Source: Elusimicrobiota bacterium
Lineage (GTDB): Bacteria > Elusimicrobiota > Elusimicrobia > UBA1565 > UBA9628
Assembly (NCBI GenBank): GCA_016182905.1
Contig: JACPFR010000044.1
Coordinates: 59,000 to 122,999, forward strand
Length of the DNA stretch: 64,000 bases
Reading direction: 5' to 3'
Shown here: positions 1 through 8,389 of the stretch, piece after piece
How positions within the stretch are numbered: the first letter of the stretch is position 1
How the letters are laid out: the number at the start of each line of letters is the position of its first letter
The notes under the pieces: model-generated
Told to the model about the DNA's origin: nothing
The model's input: only the letters and a program-made list of their open reading frames with translations
The model's database searches: none
Translations under genes and position numbers: made by a program

Positions 1-1332
1 AACGGGAGTTCTGTCGCTCTTGTCGACCTCCACCGTCTCGCCACCGAGACGGTGGACGTCGAAGGCTTTGGCGAAATCGTTCTTCACCGCATCGACTCCG
101 AAGTTCAAGATCGGACTTCCCAACTTCGCGGAATCACGTGGTGGGTGAAGGGGCGCATGGTGGGCGATCCCTCCTGGGAAGGCCTGGATGGTGAGGGCAA
201 CTACCTCGACGGCCGCACTACGCTCGCCAAGCGGTTCAGCTTCGTGGTCGAGGCGGACATCCTGAAGGACTCTGTGAAGGCTGACTGGGTGGCCTTCCGG
301 GCATCTCCGAAGGTCGAGGCGGTCCGCGAGGCGGTCCACACGCGCATCATCCATGCCCTGAACCTGGTTCAGGCCGAGAACAGGCGCGAGCGCAAGCGTG
401 CGACGCTCGCCCAACACCGCCAGCTCCTGGGCGAGTTGTCCATCACCTCGAAGCGCTACGTCGGGCAATTCATCGACGAGCTTCAGGAGAAATGTCCAAC
501 CATTTCGGAGAAGGATTTAGCCCGGACTGTCGAAATCTACGCGAAGATGGAACAGACCACCTCGGGCTACGACCTTTTGGGCCAGTTGGCTGCGTGTTCG
601 CCTGAGGACATCGACAAGTGGAACGGACTCATGAAGCAGTGGTCCGCGGGACACGCAGAGATTGTCCTTAACGAACTCGAGCGCCGCCTCAAGCTGATCG
701 CCAAGCTCCAGGATCTCGTTGAGACGGTGAAGACGGACGAGCTTCACGATCTCCAACCCTTGTTCGAGCGCGGGCTGTGGATGTTCGGCCCGGAATACGA
801 GGCGGTCGACTTCCACTCCAATCGAGGCCTGGCGACCATCGTCCGGGAATCCCTCGGAGGTACCACCAAGAACGTCGGTCGCGGCCGCCCTGATTTTGTG
901 GCTCTCCCGGAACGATCTATTGGCGTCTACGCGGCCGCCTCGTTTGGGCAAGACGGAGAGGTTTCAGGCGTCCGGAAGATCTTGATCGTTGAGTTGAAGA
1001 AAGGTGGCTTCGACTTGAAGCAGGGTGAGGTCGATCAGGCAAAGCGCTACGCCAAGGCGCTCCGCAAGGCCGGTGACGTGACTGCCGGGACCGTCATCAG
1101 CGCCATCGTTTTGGGCGCTACGATGGAAGCTGATCTGGACCCGGAGAAGATCGGCGATGCCACGTTCATCGAGCCCATGCTCTACCGTACGTTGCTCACC
1201 AGAGCTCACCAGCGCACCTTCAACCTTCAAAAGCGCCTGGAGGCTTCGGGTGCCAAGAGGCCTGTAGACACCGACGTCGAGTCGGTTCTCGAAGAAAAGG
1301 AGCTGCCCCTCAAAGACTCTGTTCGGGCCTAA
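1..1332 (+). CDS. 5'-truncated protein with C-terminal PD-(D/E)xK-like nuclease motif (possible defence nuclease, Shedu/DUF4263-like?)
   Basis: Frame 1 is open from base 1, so the gene continues upstream of the window. C-terminal GRPDFVAL...QDGEVSGVRKILIVELKKG fits a D-x13-E-x-K restriction-endonuclease-like motif. The gene sits beside the AbiE pair and a tRNA. Confidence 0.55.
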   Translation, partial: NGSSVALVDLHRLATETVDVEGFGEIVLHRIDSEVQDRTSQLRGITWWVKGRMVGDPSWEGLDGEGNYLDGRTTLAKRFSFVVEADILKDSVKADWVAFRASPKVEAVREAVHTRIIHALNLVQAENRRERKRATLAQHRQLLGELSITSKRYVGQFIDELQEKCPTISEKDLARTVEIYAKMEQTTSGYDLLGQLAACSPEDIDKWNGLMKQWSAGHAEIVLNELERRLKLIAKLQDLVETVKTDELHDLQPLFERGLWMFGPEYEAVDFHSNRGLATIVRESLGGTTKNVGRGRPDFVALPERSIGVYAAASFGQDGEVSGVRKILIVELKKGGFDLKQGEVDQAKRYAKALRKAGDVTAGTVISAIVLGATMEADLDPEKIGDATFIEPMLYRTLLTRAHQRTFNLQKRLEASGAKRPVDTDVESVLEEKELPLKDSVRA

Positions 1333-1344
1333 CTTCCTTGTCCG

Positions 1345-1368
1345 TCGGGAAAACAACTCATTCCCGAC
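1345..1368 (+). other. Stem-loop (GTCGGGAA / TTCCCGAC) 13 nt after the stop of the first gene; no U-tract
   Basis: 8-bp perfect stem with 8-nt loop seen directly in the sequence. It is not followed by a T-run, so its function as an intrinsic terminator is uncertain. Confidence 0.25.
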
Positions 1369-1453
1369 AGGCCAGATCGCGCAGCCGTTCTTGACGGAGC
1401 CGATCGGTCAGAATTCCAGGGATTGCAGACCGAATCGGATCGAAACAAAAGGC

Positions 1454-1514
1454 TTGACATAATCATTGTCCAGATCAATAATACCTATAGATAGTTTTAT
1501 ATATAGGTATTATT
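1454..1514 (+). promoter_or_regulatory. Promoter (TTGACA-17-AATAAT) overlapping a 13-bp perfect inverted repeat AATAATACCTATA-N12-TATAGGTATTATT; candidate AbiEi autoregulatory operator
   Basis: TTGACA at 1454-1459 and AATAAT at 1477-1482. Inverted-repeat arms at 1477-1489 and 1502-1514 end 4 nt before the abiEi ATG. AbiEi proteins are known to autorepress via inverted repeats in their promoter. Confidence 0.6.
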
Positions 1515-1518
1515 ATCC

Positions 1519-2121
1519 ATGCCCCGAGAATTCACCCGCCAACTCGACATCTTCAAAGCACACCGCGGCGGACTTCATTCGTCCGAAGCCATGCGCCTGG
1601 GAATCCATCCCAGGGCTCTTTATGCCATGCGCGACGCCGGGCTCATTGAAAGGCTCGGCCGCGGACTCTACCGATTCGCAAAAGCTCCCCCGCTCTCAAA
1701 TCCCGATCTGGTCACGGTTGCCCTCAGGGTCCCCAAAGGCATCGTCTGCCTGATCTCCGCGCTCTCCTTCCACGACATCACGACTCAGGTTCCGCATGCG
1801 GTCCATATCGCCCTGCCCTTCGGCACGGAGCGGCCGCGGCTCGATTCCCCTCCTACGCGTTTCTCTTGGTTCAAAGAGCCCGCCTATGGCAGCGGCGCCG
1901 AGACGCACAAGATCGACGGCGTCCACATCCGCGTCTACTCACCGGAGAAGACGGTGGCCGACTGCTTCAAGTTCCGCAACAAGATCGGCCTCGATGTGGC
2001 GCTCGAGGCACTGAAGCTGTGCCTCAAGAAGAAGCGCTCCAAGCCGGATGAACTGCTGAAGTACGCCCGCATCTGCCGCGTCGAGAAAGTCATGCGCCCC
2101 TACCTCGAGGCCCTGCTGTGA
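1519..2121 (+). CDS. abiEi: AbiEi-type antitoxin / transcriptional regulator of a type IV toxin-antitoxin (abortive infection) system
   Basis: 200-aa protein with AbiEi_4-like N-terminal wHTH region (HSSEAMRLGIHPRALYAMRDAGLIERLGRGLYRF). It overlaps the downstream nucleotidyltransferase gene by 4 bp. Confidence 0.8.
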   Translation: MPREFTRQLDIFKAHRGGLHSSEAMRLGIHPRALYAMRDAGLIERLGRGLYRFAKAPPLSNPDLVTVALRVPKGIVCLISALSFHDITTQVPHAVHIALPFGTERPRLDSPPTRFSWFKEPAYGSGAETHKIDGVHIRVYSPEKTVADCFKFRNKIGLDVALEALKLCLKKKRSKPDELLKYARICRVEKVMRPYLEALL

Positions 2122-3029
2122 AAAAACCGCTCAAGAACGTTGCCGCGTCAGTCCGGCAAAAACTCGCCAACCTCGCAAAAGAATCGAAGCGCCCGTTCGC
2201 CGAAATCCTTCAGTACTATGCGATGGAGCGGTTCCTTTATCGGCTCAGCCGGTCGGAATACAAGGATCGCCTCGTGCTCAAGGGCGCGCTGATGTTCGTC
2301 GCCTGGGGCACCCCGCGCTCGCGCGCCACCAAGGATATAGACCTCCTGGCGCGGACGGAAAATTCGATCGCGAATTTGGTGAAAGTCATCCAAGACATCT
2401 GCCGCATCGAAATCGAAACGGACGGAATCGTATTCGATCCGGCGCTCGTGAAGGGCGAGAAGATCAAAGAGGACGTGGATTATGAGGGCGTCCGGCTTCT
2501 ATTCCAGGGGAAGCTGGAACAAGCCCGTATTCATATGCAGATCGACGTCGGCTTCGGCGACAGCGTGACTCCGGCGCCGGCCGCGATCGACTACCCCGTG
2601 ATCCTCGATCTGCCCGCGCCGAAGCTCAAGGGCTACCCGCCGGAGACGGTGGTCGCGGAGAAGTTCGAGGCCATGGTCAAGCTCGGCATGATCAACACCC
2701 GAATGAAGGACTTCTATGATCTTTGGCTGCTGAGTCGTCAGTTCGACTTCGACGGCGAAACGCTGGCCGAGGCGATCCGGACGACCTTCGCGCACCGCGG
2801 CACGACTCTCACGCCAACGCCCACGGCGTTCACGTCCGCGTTCCACGAGGAGAAGCAGCCGCAATGGCGCGCGTTCCTTTCGCGCACGGGCCTCACCGGC
2901 GCGCCGGAGTCGCTCAAGGAGACTATCGCTCCCATCAAAGAATTCCTCATCCCAATCGCTGAGGCAGGCATGGTGGACCGAAAATTCTCCATGCGCTGGG
3001 CGACGCTGGGACCGTGGAAAGCCAAATGA
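2118..3029 (+). CDS. abiEii: AbiEii-type toxin, nucleotidyltransferase (DUF1814)
   Basis: 303 aa. N-terminal nucleotidyltransferase-fold motifs (GALMFVAWGTPRSRATKDIDLL). ATGA/GTGA start-stop overlap with abiEi. Confidence 0.8.
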   Translation: MKKPLKNVAASVRQKLANLAKESKRPFAEILQYYAMERFLYRLSRSEYKDRLVLKGALMFVAWGTPRSRATKDIDLLARTENSIANLVKVIQDICRIEIETDGIVFDPALVKGEKIKEDVDYEGVRLLFQGKLEQARIHMQIDVGFGDSVTPAPAAIDYPVILDLPAPKLKGYPPETVVAEKFEAMVKLGMINTRMKDFYDLWLLSRQFDFDGETLAEAIRTTFAHRGTTLTPTPTAFTSAFHEEKQPQWRAFLSRTGLTGAPESLKETIAPIKEFLIPIAEAGMVDRKFSMRWATLGPWKAK

Positions 3030-3063
3030 CATCCGGTCTCCCGGACTGGCCTACACGTCGATA

Positions 3064-3093
3064 TTGCGAACAACGCGCTAAAACTGGCATAAT
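3064..3093 (+). promoter_or_regulatory. Sigma70-like promoter TTGCGA-18-CATAAT upstream of tRNA-Phe
   Basis: Hexamers at 3064-3069 and 3088-3093. Followed by a 10-bp direct repeat ATCTCGACAA x2 (3121-3142) before the tRNA. Confidence 0.3.
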
Positions 3094-3211
3094 CGCCCGT
3101 CGGCATCCGATTTCCGTTTCATCTCGACAAGGATCTCGACAAAAATTCGGCGGAAGAGGCCCGATTCGGGTCGTGACGGGTCGAAATTCTGCTGAGATTT
3201 TTTATAGATTC

Positions 3212-3286
3212 GGCGGGGTAGCTCAGTGGTAGAGCACCGGTCTGAAAAACCGGGTGTCGACAGTTCGATCCTGTCCCCCGCCACCA
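3212..3286 (+). tRNA. tRNA-Phe: tRNA-Phe (anticodon GAA), CCA encoded
   Basis: GGCGGGG acceptor stem pairing with CCCCGCC. D-arm TAGCTCAGTGGTAGAGC. Anticodon loop CTGAAAA with GAA at positions 34-36. T-arm GTTCGATCC. 3' CCA present. Confidence 0.9.
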
Positions 3287-3290
3287 TTTT

Positions 3291-3725
3291 TTGAAGCGCG
3301 CTATTCCCATCGCCGTCGTCGCGGTCCTCGCGTCCTGGGCGCTCGCCCAGACCGCCGCGGCTCCCGTCGTGAGATCCGCCTCGCAGGTCGACTGGAAAGC
3401 CTCGGGCAGCCTCCCGCCCGGCGCCGAGTACCACCTGATCTACGAGGACCCCAAGACGCACGCGGTGCAGACGTTGGTGCGCTTTCCCCGGGGCTACGCC
3501 CTGTCCCCGCACTCGCATACCGCCGACGAGACCATCCTCGTGCTGAAAGGCAAGCTCGTCATCGAGCTCGCGGGGAAGAAGGAGACCTTGACCGCCGGCG
3601 CCTACGCGATGCTCCCCGGCGGCACGGTCTTCTCCCTTAAGGCTGCCGGCTTCGGCGGCGCGGACTTCCTCGCCGCCTTCAACGGGCCCTTCGACATGAA
3701 GGCCGCCCCCGCCTCCTCCAACTAG
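3291..3725 (+). CDS. Secreted cupin-domain protein
   Basis: TTG start 4 nt after the tRNA. Signal peptide MKRAIPIAVVAVLASWALAQ. Cupin motifs (LVRFPRGYALSPHSHTADETILVLKGKL ... AYAMLPGG). Confidence 0.6.
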   Translation: MKRAIPIAVVAVLASWALAQTAAAPVVRSASQVDWKASGSLPPGAEYHLIYEDPKTHAVQTLVRFPRGYALSPHSHTADETILVLKGKLVIELAGKKETLTAGAYAMLPGGTVFSLKAAGFGGADFLAAFNGPFDMKAAPASSN

Positions 3726-4639
3726 AGACGGAAGGGGATCGCCTTCGGAAGGACCTCGAACACGACGGGCGCCGTCCCGTCCGCGTCCCCGTCGATGTTG
3801 AGCGGCAGGGGCTCCTCGGAGTGTATCTCGACGCGGCGCGCGCGCCGCAGGACGACGCCGGGACGGCCGGCGTGTCCGCCCGAATACGCCCGGGGCAGCA
3901 GCGACATCAGCTCCGGACGCGTCATGTCGCCGATCGTGAGCAGGTCGAGCAGCCCGTCCTCCGCGTCCGCCTGCGGGGCGAGCCTCATGCCCCCGCCGAA
4001 GGTGCTCGTGTTGGCCGCGGCCACGAGGTGGTAGCGCGCCGCCGGCTCCGCGACGCCGTCGACCGTGAGGCGCATGCTCCGCGCCTTCGCCGTCGCCACG
4101 GACAGCACGCCCTCGACGAGATAGGTCAAGGTGCCGCCGAGGAACTTACCGCGCGCGGCCACGGACAGCGCCACGTCGCCGGGCAGCCCGAGCGCCGCGA
4201 CGTTGAGGAAGTGCCGGGAGCGCGGCGCGCCGTCCGCCGCGCGGAAGGTCGCGCGCCCCGCGTCGAGGCGCCGGCGCTTGCCCTCGGCGAAAGCCTTGGC
4301 CCATGCCTCGGGCTCTCGCGGCACGCCCATGTGATTGGCGAAGTCGCAGCCCGACCCGGCGGGGAAGGTCGCGAGGACCGTGTTGCGGCGCACATGCTCG
4401 GGCACCGCGAGGAAGCCGTCGACGACCTCGCCGAGGGTGCCGTCGCCGCCGACCGCGACGATGAGCTCCATGCCGTCCGCCGTCGCCTGCCGCGTCAGCT
4501 CCCGCCCGTGCCCCGGCTTCTCGGTGCGCGCCAGCTCCAGGTCCGGGAAAAGGTCCTTGGCGAGCGCGCGGGCCCTGTCCCAGCGCCCCCCCGCCCGCCC
4601 GTGCCCCGCCGCCGGATTGACTATGAACAGCGTTCTCAT
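3722..4639 (-). CDS. Diacylglycerol-kinase catalytic-domain family lipid kinase (YegS/BmrU-like)
   Basis: MRTLFIVNPAAGHGRA ... IVAVGGDGTLGEVVDG is the DAGK_cat signature. 305 aa. Confidence 0.8.
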   Translation of the reverse strand: MRTLFIVNPAAGHGRAGGRWDRARALAKDLFPDLELARTEKPGHGRELTRQATADGMELIVAVGGDGTLGEVVDGFLAVPEHVRRNTVLATFPAGSGCDFANHMGVPREPEAWAKAFAEGKRRRLDAGRATFRAADGAPRSRHFLNVAALGLPGDVALSVAARGKFLGGTLTYLVEGVLSVATAKARSMRLTVDGVAEPAARYHLVAAANTSTFGGGMRLAPQADAEDGLLDLLTIGDMTRPELMSLLPRAYSGGHAGRPGVVLRRARRVEIHSEEPLPLNIDGDADGTAPVVFEVLPKAIPFRL

Positions 4640-4771
4640 CGTTGCCGGTTATTTTACGATGTTTGAGTCAGGGGGGCGGCGGGATGATGTCCGGAGGGGC
4701 TTGGGGTTGACGCGGCCATCTCGCCGCCCCTCCCCGCGCCGACAAAGTGGAAATAACGGTAAGACTGACAC

Positions 4772-4815
4772 CAAAAAAGAACCGCCCCGACCGGGAGGGG
4801 TACCGGTCGGGGCGG
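4772..4815 (-). terminator. Rho-independent terminator downstream of subtilisin gene 1
   Basis: On the minus strand a 13-bp perfect stem CCGCCCCGACCGG / CCGGTCGGGGCGG with an 8-nt loop is followed by TTCTTTTTTGG. Confidence 0.7.
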
Positions 4816-4832
4816 GAAACGGGGCGGGAGGC

Positions 4833-6113
<1,281 letters not shown>

Positions 6114-6182
6114 TTTGTTCTCCCCTTAGCTCCGTTGAGGGGACCCGGAGCGGGTCTTTCGTCTGCGCCTATTATGGGCGGA

Positions 6183-6290
6183 AGGCCTACTTCCGCCCTG
6201 AGGCATAAGGCCTAGCACCGTCTAGGCCTAAAGGCCTATGCCCTAGGTCCTACGTCTCGAACGCGTAGGCCCTCTTCCTGGGTCCTAACG
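6183..6290. repeat. Array of short AGGCCTA / palindromic TAGGCCTA motifs (4 perfect, 3 degenerate copies) between the two S8 genes
   Basis: AGGCCTA at 6184, 6208, 6224 and 6232. Variants AGGTCCTA, TAGGCCC and GGTCCTA follow. The same motif recurs at 7569-7575 and 7607-7613, upstream of the second S8 gene. Confidence 0.6.
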
Positions 6291-7502
6291 AACGAGCTTG
6301 GCCGCGTCCACGACGCCGGCGCCCTGCTCGGACGCGGAAAGTCCGGGAACCTTGACGGCCGCGCGGCGCAGCGCCGCGCGGACGGCGGCTTCGCCGTGAG
6401 CGCCGCGGGCGACCGCGAGGGCGCCCAGGCCCGCCATGTGGGGCGTCGCCATCGACGTCCCCGCGTAGTTGTCGTAGCCGCCGCCGGGGACCGAGGACTT
6501 CACGTCCACGCCCGGCGCGATGAAGGCGACCTGATTGCCGCGGCTGGAGAATTTGGCGATCGTCTCGTTCGGGGCGAGCGCGGAGACCGTGATCGCCTCG
6601 GGATACGCGCCCGGGTAGTTGACCGAGCCGCCGTCGTTGCCCGCGGCCGCGAACACGGCCACGCCGCGCACCGTCGCGTACTTGAGGGCGGCGCGCATGA
6701 AGATCGTGCCCATCGGGGCGCCGAGGCTCATGTTGGCGACGTCCATCTTGTTGTTGCCGCACCAGATCAGGCCCTTGATGATGGAGGTGAGCCCGCCCGC
6801 CCCGTCCTTGTCGAGGACCTTGACCGCGTACAGGCGCGCCTTCGGGGCCACGCCGACGACGCCCTGGCCGTTGAGGACGCCCGCGATCGTGCCGGCGACG
6901 TGCGAGCCGTGAGCGTTGTCGTCCATCGGCGGCTTCTTCGGATCGAGCGCGTTGTAGCCTCCGGCGCAGTTGGCCTTGAGGTCGGGATGGCCGCAGTCGA
7001 TGCCGGTGTCGATGACCGCGACCTTCACGCCCTCGCCCTTCGTGACGGCCCAGGCGGCGGGAGCGTCGACCCGGGCGATGCCCCACGGGACCTCGGCGGC
7101 GTCCACGCCCGCCGGAAGCGGGAAGACGGGGCGCGCCGGCGGAGCGGCGACGGCGGGAAGGGCGGCGCGGACGGACTCATAAGAAGGAAAGGGCGCGTGG
7201 AAGACGGGGGCCTCGAGCAGCCAGTTCCTATATATGTCCTCCTGCACCTCGAGGACCTCGGGCATGGCGGCGGCCTTCTCGGCGAAGGCCGAGAACATCT
7301 TGGCCTCGGGGAGCAGGGCGACGAGCGCGCCGATCTCGGAGAGATCGTCGGCCTTGGTCGCGCCGAGCTCGCGCAGGGCGGCCTCGCGCTGGGCGGGGGT
7401 CGTGCCGTCCCTGAACGCGATCAGATAGCGCTTGGCGCCCGCGGCGGACGCGCACACCGGCAGCAGCACGGCGAGAATCGACAACGCGATCAGTTTTTTC
7501 AT
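6285..7502 (-). CDS. Secreted subtilisin-like serine protease (peptidase S8), paralog of 4833..6113
   Basis: Start placed at MKKLIALSILAVLL with AGGAGG ribosome-binding site. The longer 691-aa ORF is an upstream extension. Motifs VAVIDTGIDCGHPDL, HGSHVAGTIAG, GTSMATPHMAG. Confidence 0.88.
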   Translation of the reverse strand: MKKLIALSILAVLLPVCASAAGAKRYLIAFRDGTTPAQREAALRELGATKADDLSEIGALVALLPEAKMFSAFAEKAAAMPEVLEVQEDIYRNWLLEAPVFHAPFPSYESVRAALPAVAAPPARPVFPLPAGVDAAEVPWGIARVDAPAAWAVTKGEGVKVAVIDTGIDCGHPDLKANCAGGYNALDPKKPPMDDNAHGSHVAGTIAGVLNGQGVVGVAPKARLYAVKVLDKDGAGGLTSIIKGLIWCGNNKMDVANMSLGAPMGTIFMRAALKYATVRGVAVFAAAGNDGGSVNYPGAYPEAITVSALAPNETIAKFSSRGNQVAFIAPGVDVKSSVPGGGYDNYAGTSMATPHMAGLGALAVARGAHGEAAVRAALRRAAVKVPGLSASEQGAGVVDAAKLVR

Positions 7503-7629
7503 GACTCCTCTAAACGTCGTCTCAGAAGTACCGTCGACGATTCCGAATCTAGCATACTCCGGTCCGAAAGGCCTAGTCGAATTTGGGTCCAATAGGTCAC
7601 TATTTTTAGGCCCTCCGTCCCGGGCCGTA

Positions 7630-7658
7630 TTGACGCCGTCGCGGACGCGGTCTATACT
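7630..7658 (+). promoter_or_regulatory. Sigma70-like promoter TTGACG-17-TATACT ending 6 nt before the ATG at 7665 (predicted leaderless mRNA)
   Basis: Hexamers at 7630-7635 and 7653-7658. The ATG lies 7 nt downstream of the -10 element and no Shine-Dalgarno sequence is possible. Confidence 0.45.
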
Positions 7659-7664
7659 GACCTG

Positions 7665-8387
7665 ATGATCGAATACCTCGCCGCGCTCTCGCTCCTCGCC
7701 GTCGCCGCGCCCGCCCTCGCCCAGCCCGCCGCCGATCCGCCGCTCGTGGACGCCGTCAAGGCGGGAGACGCCGCGGGCCTGAAGGCGCGCCTCGCCGCGG
7801 GAGCGGACCTCGGGGCCAAGGACGCCCACGGCTGGACCGCGGTGATGTGGGCCGCGGGGCACGCCGACGGGGCGACGCTGAAGGCCTTGCTGGACGCGGG
7901 GGCGGACCCCGCGCCGAAGGACGAGCCCGGCTGGTCGGCGATCGTCGAGGCCGCGAAGGGCGGCAAGGCGGCGAACGTCGCCCTGCTCGCCGCGAAAGGC
8001 CTCGACTGCTCGGCCAAGGACTCCGCCGGGGTCCCCGCGCTCGCCTACGCGGCGGCGGTCTCGACGCCGGCCGTCTCGGCCCTGCTCGCGTGCAAGGCCA
8101 AGGTCGACGCGCGCGACTCGAACGGGCTCACGGCGCTGACCCGCGCCGCCCAGCTCGGCCGCGCCGCCGCGGCGGGCCGGCTCATCGCGGCCGGCGCCAA
8201 GGTCGACGCGAAGGACGCCCTCGGCTACACCGCCTTGATGTGGGCCGCCCACGGCGGCTGGACCGACACGGTGAAGACGCTCCTCGCGGCGAAGGCGGAT
8301 CCGAAGCTGAAGAGCGGCGACGGTCTGACGGCGCGGGAGCTCGCCCTCAAGCGCGGCCACGCCGCGGCCGCGGACCTCCTGGAATAG
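7665..8387 (+). CDS. Secreted ankyrin-repeat protein
   Basis: Signal peptide MIEYLAALSLLAVAAPALA. Roughly six ANK repeats (GWTAVMWAAGHADGATLKALLDAGADP, GYTALMWAAHGGWTDTVKTLLAAKADP and others). Confidence 0.8.
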   Translation: MIEYLAALSLLAVAAPALAQPAADPPLVDAVKAGDAAGLKARLAAGADLGAKDAHGWTAVMWAAGHADGATLKALLDAGADPAPKDEPGWSAIVEAAKGGKAANVALLAAKGLDCSAKDSAGVPALAYAAAVSTPAVSALLACKAKVDARDSNGLTALTRAAQLGRAAAAGRLIAAGAKVDAKDALGYTALMWAAHGGWTDTVKTLLAAKADPKLKSGDGLTARELALKRGHAAAADLLE

Positions 8388-8389
8388 CC

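Noticed and set aside
3212-3286. tRNA-Phe as an integration site for the AbiE/nuclease segment.
   Set aside because: No direct repeat of the tRNA 3' end and no integrase were found in the window. The defence genes lie on the 5' side of the tRNA, which is atypical for tRNA-targeting integrases.
6183-6290. Possible CRISPR array.
   Set aside because: The repeats are only 7-8 bp, irregularly spaced and partly overlapping. There are no cas genes. This is a motif array, not a CRISPR.
6285-8360. 691-aa ORF extending subtilisin gene 2 upstream across the divergent promoter and into the ankyrin gene.
   Set aside because: The extension is Arg/Gly-rich and overlaps the ankyrin gene on the opposite strand. 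The internal start MKKLIALSIL has a signal peptide and an AGGAGG ribosome-binding site.
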